Notes under the pieces: generated by a model
Database searches by the model: none
What the model was told of the DNA's origin: nothing
Seen by the model: only the letters and a program-made list of their open reading frames with translations
Position numbers and translations under genes: made by a program
Assembly: GCA_951406725.2 (NCBI GenBank)
Contig: OX597816.1
Location: forward strand, 61,380,001 to 61,444,000
Length of the DNA stretch: 64,000 nucleotides
Reading direction: 5' to 3'
Source: Octopus vulgaris
Lineage: Eukaryota
Shown here: positions 50,757-64,000 of the stretch, piece by piece
How the letters are laid out: each line of letters opens with the position of its first letter
Numbering within the stretch: the stretch's first letter is position 1

Positions 50757-50960
50757 AAGGCAGCGAGCTGGCAGAATCGTTACCGCGCCGGGTAAAATGC
50801 TGAGCGACATGTCGCTCATCTTCACGTTCTGAGTTCAAATCCCGCTGAGGTTGACTTTGCCTTTCATCCTTTCGGGGTCGATAAAATAAGAACCAGTTGA
50901 GCAATGTAATCGACTTACCCCTCACCGAAATTGCTGGCCTCGTGTCACAATTTGAAATCA
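50757..50960 (+). mobile_element. SINE family B, alternative tail
   Basis: aaggcagcgagctggcagaa...gaaattgctggcctcgtgtcacaatttgaaa. Confidence 0.85.
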
Positions 50961-51304
50961 ATGTATATACATTTTAATTTTTTTTAAAATTTTCGAAAGA
51001 GAAACGTAATTCAGTTTTTACCCTATAAGCTCCACCCCATTCAAAGAAGACCGAAAGCGAAATTTACAGAATTTGTTTGCCAGGAATATGCAGACATGGC
51101 TGTGGGATCAACAAACTTTCGGATTTCGTTTCCTTGTGTAGCACTATGGACAAATGTCTTCTACTGTAGTCCCAGGCCGACCAGTGCCTTATGAGTGAAT
51201 ATACTAAACGGAAACTGTGTTGAAAGCCGTCGTCATTTCAATATATGTCCCCGTGTGTATCGTTGGCGATTTTCTTTCTCCGTCTTCCTTTCTTTGGACT
51301 TTTT

Positions 51305-51343
51305 CTGTATTTCTGACGAAGAGCTTCGCTCGAAACGTAAAAT

Positions 51344-51345
<2 letters not shown>
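51305..51345 (+). ncRNA. Minimal type I hammerhead ribozyme motif (Penelope-type)
   Basis: attt-CTGACGA-a-GAGC-ttc-GCTC-GAAA-c-GTA-aaat: conserved core, 4-bp stem II, stem I attt/aaat, palindromic ACGT at stem III. Confidence 0.7.
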
Positions 51346-51390
<45 letters not shown>

Positions 51391-51433
51391 GACACACACA
51401 CGGACACACGGACACACACATGCATGCACACGT

Positions 51434-51499
<66 letters not shown>

Positions 51500-51689
51500 G
51501 TGTATATATAAAAGTTAAATCAAGCTTGTTATTCTAAAGCAAGAATAACAGTAGAAAGCTTACTGATGGCGAAACTCAATATGGAAGCTTTAAGTTTCAC
51601 CTCCTCAACCAACTGGTTAAATAAATAGTCATACGAAATTTAATAACCTAGTCAAAACAAATTTTCTAATATATATATATATATGTGTG

Positions 51690-52010
51690 TGTGTGGTAAA
51701 AAGCTTACTTTTCAACCATATGGTCCAGGGTTCAGTCCCACTGCATGGCACCTTAGGCAAGTCTCTTCTATAGCTTCGGGCCGACCAAGTGGATTTGGTG
51801 GAAGGAATCTAAAAGAAGCCCGTAGGTATGTATCTGTGTGCGTGTGTCTTTGTGTCTATTTGTCCTTCCATCACCGTTTGACAACCGGCGTTGGTGCGTT
51901 CACGTCCCCGTAATTTAGCGGATCGACAAAAGAGACCGATGGAATAAGTACTCAAGGCGGTGCTCCAGCATGGCTGCAGTTAAATTACAGAAACAAGTGA
52001 AAGAATGAAA
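51690..52010 (+). mobile_element. SINE family A (diverged)
   Basis: gtgtggtaaaaagc...ccttaggcaag...gaaacaagtgaaagaat. Confidence 0.8.
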
Positions 52011-53241
52011 GAATATATACACACACATTGACACGCACATATGCGTGTGTATATATACAGGGTGCATAAGGTATTTGATGACATGTCTTTTTTTGGTCAT
52101 TGCTGCATTTTTGCTAACTCTGTATAATCTTTGTTTCAGAAAATAATAATGGCAGACCTTCAGCTTATTCAAGAAATGAAGAAGCATGCTGTTATTGTGG
52201 TTTTAAAGGCTGACCATAGAAATTTAGAAATATCTCGATTTTTAAAAATTGCCGGATCTTTCATCTATAAAATTTGTATGGAGCTAGAGACTGAAGATGG
52301 AAACGTATCACCAGTATCACAGCATAAAAAGCATTCTAAAATTCTAAACGCTCTGAAATCATCAGAGCACTTGAATTTATCCAGCAAGTTCAACAGACCA
52401 TTGATTACAATCCCAGAAACTCCATGAGGTCAATTGCAAAAGATCAGAAATGTTGCCCTCGAAGACATCAGATATAAGTCTTATATGGTGAGGAAAGGTC
52501 AATTTGTCAGAAAAAACAAAAGAAAATATCTACATCAGATCTAAAAGGTTCTTAAACAAACTGAAAAATCCAGCAGAAGATTCGATTTGGTTTTTCTCAA
52601 ACGAGAAAAACTTTGATCAAGATCAAAAAGTTAACAGAGGAGGTGACAGATGGTTATGTGCAGACCCTTCTGAAGTTCTAAGTGTTATGCATACAAAATT
52701 TCCTGCAACTGTCATGGTTTTAGAGGTTGCCAGCAATGAAGGACATGTGATGCCTCCTTACTTCTTTCCACAAGACCTTAGAGTTAACTCTGTCGCCTAC
52801 ACTGAGATCCTAGAAATAATTGTTAAGCCCTTAATAGATAGTGTATGTAATAGAAGGTCATATGTGTTTCAGTAAGATTCTGCACTATCACACATGGCTC
52901 TAGTAACACAGGAATGGATGGCTGAAAATTTTCATGATCGCATAACCCCTAACATTTTGCCTCCTAATTCCCCAGATCTCAATTCATTGGACAATTACAT
53001 GTGGAGCGTAACGCCAAAGATTCTTTGAAAGCTGTCACAGTCAGAGTAATGTCCAGAAGGAACCAGGACCACTCGATTCGAGCATATATATTATTTAAAT
53101 CTCATACAGAAGCAGTTGTTGAAGCTGAAGGTGGCTTTATTGAATAATATTTTAGAAGAGAAGGTTTATTTTTATCCTCATAGCATTTTTTGATAAATAA
53201 AGCTATCATCTGTTATTATATATCTGTATTTTTATAAACGT

Positions 53242-53500
53242 GGAGGCGCGTAGCTTAGTGGTTATAGTGGCAGCATCATGACCGTAAGATTGTGGTTTCA
53301 ATTCCTGGACCGGGCGACGCGTTGTGTTCTTGAGCAAAACACTTCATTTCACGTTGCTCCAGTCCACTCAGCTGGCAAAAATGAGTAACGCTGCGATGGT
53401 CTGGCGTCCCGTCCAGCTGGGGAACACATGCGCCATTGAAACCGGGAAACAGGGCCCATGAGCCTGGCTAGGCTTTAAAAGGGCGCATGTATTTATTTAT
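53242..53500 (+). mobile_element. tRNA-derived SINE (D-like) nested in the maT
   Basis: ggaggcgcgtagcttagtggtt...gtgttcttgagcaaaacac; (ATTT)n tail; TSD tttttataaacRtg. Confidence 0.85.
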
Positions 53501-53502
53501 TA

Positions 53503-53885
53503 CTAGCAGTATCGCCCGGCGTTGCTCAGGTTTGTAAGGGAAATAACTATAAAGCATTTTTAGAGAGTTATAGCCAAAAAATAGCAAAAAAATGGAAAAA
53601 AATGATGGTAAATTTTTTTTTTAGTTAAAAAAGGTGGAGTTGCGTCCCCTAGACAGTTTGCGGTTTGTGTTTCTGATTCTCGACCCCATGTCGAATTTAT
53701 CGATTTTTTTCAGAACTGGGGGAACTTTTAAAAATTTTCGCTGCGTTAGTTTTGAATTATGACATTGGGCTATGTGTGTGTCAAGTTTCATCAGAATCGG
53801 TTGAAAGCCGTGGTCAGGGTGAGGGTACGAGAAAACAGACACACAGAAACACGCACAGACAAACTGCCGTTTATATATAGAGAGA
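53503..53885 (-). mobile_element. Non-autonomous Helitron
   Basis: Minus strand begins TC and ends CTAG, with a subterminal hairpin cctgagcaacgccggg; inserted between A and T. Confidence 0.82.
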
Positions 53886-54249
53886 TTTTTATAAACATGA
53901 ATCTGTCCTCAAATATCTTACGCACCCTGTATACTTATGCATGCATACACGCAAGCACATATGTTAAATGCGAGTGTTTCCTTTTACCTAAACATATTTA
54001 CAATGCATAGGTTAACTGAATGATAAGATAGGAGATACTTGCCGAATATGGAATGCTGCTCGGTGAAATCGAAACCTGAACCACGTGGTTACTAAACGAA
54101 AGCCTCAGTCATAAACCATGCAAACGCTCATTTCTAGGGAACGCATTTAATGATCTCTGCATTAAATATGTTAACAGAAATTTAACTGAAATAACAGGTG
54201 TTAGAAATACTAGTTTCGTCTTTTGTGTATGTGTGTGAGTGAGTATATA

Positions 54250-54270
54250 TTATGTGTGTGTGTATATATA

Positions 54271-54306
<36 letters not shown>

Positions 54307-54354
54307 TACATATACATATATATATATACATATATACATATATATATATATACA

Positions 54355-54392
<38 letters not shown>

Positions 54393-54419
54393 CATATATA
54401 TATATTCATATATATATAT

Positions 54420-54475
<56 letters not shown>

Positions 54476-54504
54476 ATATACATACATATATACACATGCA
54501 TACA

Positions 54505-54541
<37 letters not shown>

Positions 54542-54611
54542 CCATACATATATATACATACATACACATATATACATACATACATATATATACATACATA
54601 CACATATATAC

Positions 54612-54682
<71 letters not shown>

Positions 54683-54750
54683 CATATATATATCTATACA
54701 CATACACATATATATATATACATGCACATATATATATATATATATATATA
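54250..54750. repeat. (TA)/(TACA)n tract
   Basis: Direct reading. Confidence 0.95.
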
Positions 54751-56410
<1,660 letters not shown>

Positions 56411-56421
56411 TATACATACAT

Positions 56422-56495
<74 letters not shown>

Positions 56496-57107
56496 TGTAT
56501 ATATATATGTGCGTGAGTGACTGCGTGTGTGATTGTATGTGTGTTTTCTCGATTTTTTTTTAATTTTTAGATTTTTAGACTTTCTTTTCTCAAGAACGAA
56601 AGAATCTTTTTATTTTCTTTTTATCTTCCCTGTTTATTTAAAATATTCATTTTATTTGTTATTTCTATTTATTATTCTTTCTTTTTTTTTTTTACGAGTT
56701 TTGTCTCACCTACCTTTTCAACGATAACATATACAACTTTATCGTTGGTCTACCAAGGGAAAATAACCTAGACTAGTTGGTAACCTATTTTCGTAAAAAA
56801 AAAACTGTGATGAGGTGAAACGGAGGTAGAGAAATAGGAGTGACACCATGGCGTTTTATCTTCTGTTCTAAGTTAATTTTCTTAATGGTATTAAATAAAT
56901 AATAGCTTTCTTCTATATTTACTAACAAATACGAACCAGCATAAATAATTAATGCTAAACTAGAAATTCGGCAACGATAAAGACGTCTTTTTTTTTATCG
57001 CTACGATCTTTTTTTTCTGTCCTTTTCCGTTTTCTTTTCTTCTGTTTTTTTTTGGTTTGATTTTAATTTCTTACCTCTTTTATTATCTGTTACGAAAATG
57101 TCTGGAG

Positions 57108-57233
57108 TTTCTTCTTCTTCTTCTTCTTCTTCTTCTTCTTCTTCTTCTTCTTCTTCTTCTTCTTCTTCTTCTTCTTCTTCTTCTTCTTCTTCTTCTTCTT
57201 CTTCTTCTTCTTCTTCTTCTTCTTCTTCTCCTC

Positions 57234-57315
<82 letters not shown>
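57108..57315. repeat. (CTT)n plus (CTTT)n pure pyrimidine tract
   Basis: Direct reading. Confidence 0.95.
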
Positions 57316-57316
<1 letters not shown>

Positions 57317-57325
57317 ATTATTGTG

Positions 57326-57740
57326 AAGGCAACAAGCTGGCCGAATAGTTAGCATGTCGGGCAACGTGTTTAGCTGCAGTTCGTCCGTGTCTATGTTCTG
57401 ATTTCAAATTCCGCCGAGGTCGACTTTTCTTTTCATTCTTTCGGGTTCGATGAAATAAGTACCAGTTGACAACTGGGGTCGATGTAATCGACCAGCCTCA
57501 TCCTCGCAAATTTCAGGCCTTGTACCTAAAGACGAAACGATTATGCCAGCTCGTCGCTTGCATAATCGCTAGCATGCTGGAGAAAATGCTAAGCAACATT
57601 TCGTCCGTCTTTACGTTCTAAGTTCAAATTCTTTTCATTCTTTCGGGATCAATGAAATAAGCATTAGTTAAGTGCTGGAATTTGTGGTTTCAACTGGCCC
57701 CCTACCTATAAATATTGCTGTACTTGTGCCAAAATTTTAA
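57326..57740 (+). mobile_element. Two adjacent old SINE B copies, alternative tail
   Basis: caaattccgccgaggtcgac...aaatttcaggccttgtacc; the second copy ends aatattgctgtacttgtgccaaaattt. Confidence 0.7.
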
Positions 57741-57849
57741 AGAATTATTATTAATATTGTGAACATATTTTCTTTAAGTGAAATTGTATATATATTTTTT
57801 TCTGTAGTTTCTGCTCAGAGCTGCGGCCATGCTGATGCACCACCGTTAA

Positions 57850-58661
57850 AAGCAAGATACGTACGGGTTCCTGGGGAGGGGGGTGAAACAAACCAGCATC
57901 CTCTTGACACTGCACTTCACTTGAAGCGCATCTTTCGGGCGTGGTAACATTGAATGCTTCTATTGACCTGATTGCTGCTTCGTTTCTGGGTCGTAGCCAT
58001 AGCAGCAGCTTTTGTCACTAGTGATGACCTTCGAAAAAAAGGTCTGGATCAACTTCTAACCATTCTTTCAGTTCACGACACGCATTCAGTAGTGACTGCT
58101 TTTGATCTTTCGTGAGCAAGCGGGGCACAAATTTTGCTGCAACTCTTTTCATTCGCAATTTTTCGCTCAAAATTCATTGGCTGGAGCTCCAGGGCACACC
58201 AGTCATATCAACAAGTATGTCAATTGTTCGGCGACAGTCCTCTAAGATCCGTTCACGAATTTTCGTGACGTTTTCATTCGTTCGGAAAGTCGACAGTGGC
58301 CCTGAACGAGGTTAGTCTTCAAGCGACAAGGGACCATTCCTAAAACGTGAAAATCACTCGTAAACTCGTGTTTTGCTCAAGGCAGCGTCCTTGTAAGCTG
58401 TTGGAAGTATGACAACTGTTTCGGTCGCCGTTTTCCCCAGCAGAAAACAATTTCTCGGAAGCACGCTGTTCCTATATTTCAGCCATCACAAAGATCGACG
58501 AACAGGGGAGAAGCACTGCAAAACAAAGACTTAACCGGGCTCCGACGGTCGGCAGAATGATGATTGAGGGTCGCATTAAGTGGCTTTTGGCGACGAAAGC
58601 CTGAACTACAACGAGCTTGTCCCACAGAGAACGATTCCGGTTACTTTTGGGTACCCCCTCG
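57850..58661 (-). mobile_element. Mariner 5' half (HTH region), decayed
   Basis: TA then cgagggggtacccaaaagtaaccggaa TIR; minus strand MAEI*EQR..CFLLGKTATET..AYKDAALSKTRVYE..RVAAKFVPRLLT. Confidence 0.85.
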
Positions 58662-58798
58662 TATATATATGTGTGTATACACACACACACACACACACAC
58701 ATATACATACATGTATGTATACATGTAATGTAAAGAGAATAAGCAAAAAATAAATCAAGATGTACATATGAAAATAAAATGAATATACTTCTAAATCT

Positions 58799-59200
<402 letters not shown>

Positions 59201-59729
59201 TGGTAACAACTCGATGAATGGGAAGAATAATGTGTATGTATGTGTGAGTGTGTACGTGTGCGTGTGTGTATGTGTGTGTAAGGCGAGATAAAAAAATATG
59301 TATATGTTAGTGCGTGCGTCTGTATGTAAGTGTGTGTACGTAGGGCGAAAGGTAGTTGACATAGCAGTCGCAAGTCAGTGGTCAGTGGTAAAAGGAGGAA
59401 GGAGGGAATGGGTGGGGGCGTATGTACGTGCCGTGTGTGTGTTGAGTTGTAGTGTGTGTCCAGTGTGCGTAGTTGTATGTATGGCAAGTAAATTTGAAGT
59501 GTGTGTAAGTGTAATGTATATATATATGCAAATGTGTGTGTGTGAGTGCGTGGGAGTGGGTGTATGTATGTGTGTGCGTGTGTGTACAAAAAGTGGGGGT
59601 ATTAAGGAAACAAACTGCAACTGAGGGAAAGATGGAAAAGTGCTCCCGCGGTGACAGGCGTAAGAGAAACCCAAGAAACACGCCGGCCCCAGATACGAAC
59701 AAGAGATCTAGTCGGAACCCACGGGCGTG

Positions 59730-60055
59730 GTGCATGCATGTGTGTATGCGTGCGCGAACGCGCACATGCATGTATGTGCGCGCGCCTGCGAGTGTGTGTG
59801 TAAGTATGTGTGTGTGTGGATGTGTGAGTGTGTCTGTGTGTATGTCTGGGTGTCAGTGTGTCCGATTGAATGTATGTAAGTATGTGTGTGTATATGTGTG
59901 TGTATAGATGTATGTCCGTGTGTATGTGTGTGTGTATGTGTATGAGTGTGTATGTATGTACGTGTGTATGTGTGGAAGTGTGTGTATGTGCATGTGTGTG
60001 CGCGTGCATGCGAGTGTGTGAGTAAGTGTGTGTGTGTGTATGTATGTGTGAGTAA

Positions 60056-60089
<34 letters not shown>

Positions 60090-60208
60090 ATGGGTGTATG
60101 TATGTGTGTGTGTATGTATGTATGTGTACGTGCGTGTGTGTGTGTGTGTATGCATGTATGCGTACATGCGTGTAGGTGTGCGCGTGTGCATGCATGTATG
60201 CATGTGCG

Positions 60209-60275
<67 letters not shown>
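59730..60275. repeat. Imperfect (TG)/(TATG)n tract
   Basis: Direct reading. Confidence 0.9.
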
Positions 60276-60277
<2 letters not shown>

Positions 60278-60570
60278 AGGCGCAATGGCCCAGTGGTTAG
60301 GGCAGCGGACTCGCGGTCGGAGGATCGTGGTTTCGATTCCCAGACCGGGCGTTGTGTGTGTTTATTGAGCGAAAACACCTAAAAGCTCCACGACGCTCCG
60401 GCAGGAGGTGGTGATCCCTGCTGTACTCTTTTACCACTCTTTCTCTCACTCTTTCTTCTGTTGGCCTGCTCGCTTAGCCAGTGGGGTGGCGTCGTTCGAA
60501 GGCTAAAACAATGCAAAACACATGTATAGCAACATCTGATGGTCTGGTCGGTCACGGTACGGTGATCACG

Positions 60571-60611
<41 letters not shown>

Positions 60612-60807
60612 GCGCAATGGTCTAGTGGTTAGCTCCACGAGGCTCCGACAGGAGGTGGTGATCCCTGCTGTACTCTTTCACCACAACTTTCTCCCACTCT
60701 TTCTTCTGTTGGCCTGATCACTTAGCCAGTGGGGTGGCGTCATTTGAATGCTAAAACAATGCGAAGCAACATCTGATAGCCTAGTCGGTCACGATGATCA
60801 CGGTGAT
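60276..60807 (+). mobile_element. Two tandem D-like SINEs separated by (TA)n; the second lacks the B-box region
   Basis: gaggcgcaatgg at 60277 and 60609; shared body ctgctgtactcttt...cacggtgat. Confidence 0.85.
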
Positions 60808-60808
60808 A

Positions 60809-62475
60809 TCTCTCTCTATATAAAACTTAAGAACTACACAACCAATTTCGTTCAAATGTTACACATGCCTTACTTAGGGTCCGGGGAGTGTCATCGGCAA
60901 AATTTATTTTAACTTTTTGCCTAGGGCGAGCCCACACCAATATCATATCTTTTCCACTACGATTCCCTAAAACTTGAGAACTACACAACCAATTTCATTC
61001 AAATTTTACACATGCCTTACTTAGGCTCCATGTAGTTTCATGGGCAAAAAAATGTTCAACTTCTTGCCTAGGGCGAGCCCATAGCAATATCATATCTTCT
61101 CCACTATTTCAGTATTACGTGTTAAAAGGGAAACAAAAACATTTCTCTATTTTATGTCAGATACTTTCACTTTAACAATAAAAATTAGAGATAATAATAA
61201 CAATTGAATTATATGTAGTAAGTAATAATTAAAATCAAACTAAAGTATAATATAATTGTAACATAACAAAAGTAAAAATAGCAATTGGTATAAAATTGCA
61301 TCAATGACTTGAATAAGTGCTTTCACATGAATGGGAATAAATTAAAAATAAAATTAGCGTGCAGAAATGGAATACCGTTTACCACGGATTTTACGTTAGA
61401 TTATCTGCTAATTTGCTAGCATTAAGTATCTATATGAAGTTTGGCTGTATGTAATGTCTGTTTTCTCGAACAGCTGCTTCTACTGAGTACTGCTGTTGGT
61501 TTATTTCTTATACATAAAGGACTATAGCTTCAACTGCGTACTGCTTTTTGATTCACCGTAAGGTTTGTTGTTGTTATTATTATTACTGCTTAACTATTGT
61601 TATCACGTTTGTTGGTTCCTCGTAAAGGAAACGTTGTTGTATTGCATTTGTCAAATAATTGTAAATTGTAAACCCTCCCCCTTTGAGAGAAGGAGCTTTG
61701 GTTATTGTTTAAAAATTGAATTGTGTCCCTGTTTGGGGAAACTGACAATATTTTCACCGCTAACACGGAAGCATTTTTGTTAGGATGCCTACGATAGAAG
61801 AAAGTCCAAAAACGAATTTCGCTGCAGCCGTCGGCGGGCGCGAACTCATTAAAATTAAAATGGAAGAAATACAAACCTATTTCTGATTGTTCACCGACAA
61901 AGACGGTGAATCTAGGATAACACCACCAAACGAAATAAAAAATTAAATTGAAGAAAAGACTATTGTCTATAAAGTATACAATGTAGAGAAAAAAAAAAGA
62001 TTTGAAAACCTGGAGGACAGCACCATCGAAAAGTGTCTTGGCGCGACTATGAAAGATATCTAACCAGTGGCGGTAAATTTGCCACAATAGAAGCAAGGTT
62101 CGAGTCAACGGAGCGTGCAAGGGAGTACTCGACTCGAACCTTGCAAAGTGGAAATATTTTATTTTTACCTTTATATCTGGGACGTAGGACGTCCCGGATA
62201 AAAATTAAAAATGTCCCCCCAGAAGTAGAGGTAGGCTGGATTGTAACCACACTTCTATACAAGAGGGAGGACAAGATACAATTGATCGAAATTGCAAGAG
62301 ACTGGCCTACAATTCCAGTCTGTTATATATTTTGAGTATTGTTATCACTAGCGATATCAAGATATAACTTTGTATTTTGTATTTTATGTGTAGATGTATA
62401 TATATGTACATGTAATATGTACACATATATACATGCACTAGCACTATGACCCGGCAACGACGAGTCATAATGCTA

Positions 62476-62476
<1 letters not shown>
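60809..62476 (+). mobile_element. Non-autonomous Helitron with an internal ~145-bp duplication and an embedded L1/Tx1 5' fragment
   Basis: Starts A|TC, ends gacccggcaacgacgagtc hairpin then CTAG|T; aaacttRagaactacacaaccaatttc at ~60823 and ~60970. Confidence 0.75.
61785..62300 (+). pseudogene. Tx1-L1 ORF1 N-terminal relic
   Basis: MPTIEESPKTNFAAAV..KTIVYKVY..TIEKCLG..FATIEARFES..FLPLYLGRRTSRIKIKNVPPEV; frameshifted; homologous to 18994-19376. Confidence 0.65.
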
Positions 62477-62511
<35 letters not shown>

Positions 62512-62919
62512 TACTGTGAAATAGGTGCTTGTAAAATAACATACGTCTATTCATTCCATCGACAAGAAATTAAATTACCAAAGGGGTATTTGATCGAAGT
62601 ACATTAGTTTATGCGTATACTAAAGGCTGAGGTAAAGCGAAACACGCAATGTAGTAAGCAAAATAGAAATGTTGTAAAGTTTCTTCTGTACAGCGTTCAA
62701 TAATTTCGGATTAACATATAAGTATTATATTTTTTTAAATGCCTACAACCCTAGTATGTTGACATCTATAGGCAATGAAAATTAGATTCACTTTTGAACC
62801 ATAGGCTGAAACAGCTGTAAGAAGTAATTTCTGGATTTCAATAATTTATGATATGACTTTTAAATCTGTATTTGTATTATTATCTTATCTATTGATTTAT
62901 ATAATAGCACAATCGGTAC

Positions 62920-63110
62920 CGCGCCAGACAAAATATGCTTCCGACGTTACATTCTAAGTTCAAATGCTGCCGGGGTCGACTTTGCCTTTCATTTTTTTCA
63001 TTATTTCGAGGATGGGGTGATAAAATAAGTGTTAGTTGAGCATTGGCTCGATGTAATCAATTGACCTCATCCCACGAAATTGCTGGCCTGGTGCCAAAAT
63101 TTGAAACCAA
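62920..63110 (+). mobile_element. Old SINE B, alternative tail
   Basis: gtcgactttgcctttc...gaaattgctggcctggtgccaaaatttgaaacca. Confidence 0.75.
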
Positions 63111-63574
63111 TAATTTCGAACTTATAGATTACATCACAGAATAGAAACTCCAGACGTGTGCTATTTTATATACGTTCATCTAAGCGAAGTATAGCTTTGT
63201 CAGAATTGGAAATATATATGTTTTGTTGTGATATGTACGCCTTCTTTTATTTTCTGTCCATTTCATTTACATTATATTTAAATTTTTATATACATATATC
63301 ATTGATCAAAACTTATATAAGATCTGTTGAGTACTCTCCATAGACATTGCACAAATACATTATCGATGAATTGTACGAATATTTTCTGACATGACTACTA
63401 TTCCGTGACGAGGATTTCATGTTCGAAATTATTGATTGCTGTTGTGAAAAGAAATTCTACCCCGAAGAGTCCTTGTTTGAAACTTACTACACTTCGAATT
63501 TATTTAGTATACATCGTGTTTTGCTTTACGTTGCCATAAATATATAAACGACTCTATTTCGGTCATTTTCTTCC

Positions 63575-63757
63575 GGTATTTTGTCTGCCGTTACGTTCTG
63601 AGTTCAAAATCCGCCGAGGTCGACTTTGCCTTTCCTCCTTTGGGGGTCGATTAAATAAGTACCAGTTACGCACTGGGGTCGATGTAATCAACTTAATCCC
63701 TTTGTCTATCCTTGTTTGTCCTCTCTGTGTCTAGCCCCTTGTGGGAAATAAAGAAAT
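63575..63757 (+). mobile_element. SINE B head-truncated monomer, Tx1-type tail
   Basis: Starts ggtattttgtctgccgttacg; ends gccccttgtgggaaataaagaaat. Confidence 0.88.
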
Positions 63758-63770
63758 GATTATTTTATGT

Positions 63771-64000
63771 GAAGGCGTATGGCTTAGTGGTTGGAGCGTC
63801 GAGCTTGCAACCATGAGGCAGTGAGTTCGATTCCCGGACCGGGCTGTGCGACGTCACTGGTGTCAAGCTGTATCGCCCTTTGCCTTTCCCTTCATAACAT
63901 CGGTGACATGGAGATGGGGGAGGCTAGTATAGATGAGTGACTGCTGGTCTTCCATAAACAACCTTCCCCGGACTTGCGTCTTGGAGGGGAAATTTCTAGG
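63771..64000 (+). mobile_element. SINE family D (cut by the window end)
   Basis: gaaggcgtatggcttagtggtt...gagttcgattcccggacc. Confidence 0.85.

Larger units (their letters stand above)
52058..53929 (+). mobile_element. Decayed maT (DD37D) Tc1/mariner transposon with nested insertions
   Basis: TA-flanked TIRs cagggtgcataaggtatttga / tcaaatatcttacgcaccctg; FSNEKNF, then YVFQ*DSA with 37 residues to the D of SPDLNSLD. Confidence 0.9.

Noticed and set aside
54239-54750. N-terminal part of the 661-aa ORF as a novel His/Tyr/Ile-rich domain fused to RT
   Set aside because: It is translated (TA)/(TACA)n, which lacks stop codons by composition; the true element starts at ~54751

Overview
AT-rich, microsatellite- and transposon-saturated animal genomic DNA. 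The SINE, RTE, Tx1 and Penelope-type repeat complement resembles octopus (coleoid cephalopod) genomes; this is my recognition, not a database check. The only host gene I can support is the 3' end of EMC2/TTC35: three + strand coding exons at 1958-2068, 10705-10809 and 11414-11506. The remaining ~52 kb has no recognisable host exon. It contains decayed RTE, Tx1-L1 and CR1 LINEs (one CR1 with an open 480-codon RT frame), several tRNA-derived SINE families, mariner, Tc1 and maT transposon relics, hAT and piggyBac-type MITEs, two non-autonomous Helitrons, a solo LTR, Penelope-type minimal hammerhead motifs and long simple repeats. Most interesting: (1) a SINE family whose 3' tail matches the 3' end of the Tx1-L1 in this window, occurring with a second alternative tail and as fixed-junction dimers; (2) an unexplained ~235-nt multi-hairpin, pseudoknot-capable RNA-like sequence at 30.6 kb; (3) tandem hairpin-bearing monomers in the Tx1 5' UTR; (4) a CpG-decay and inverted-repeat (dsRNA) signature confined to the EMC2 gene body. 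All coordinates and alignments were read by eye; repeat boundaries are approximate.
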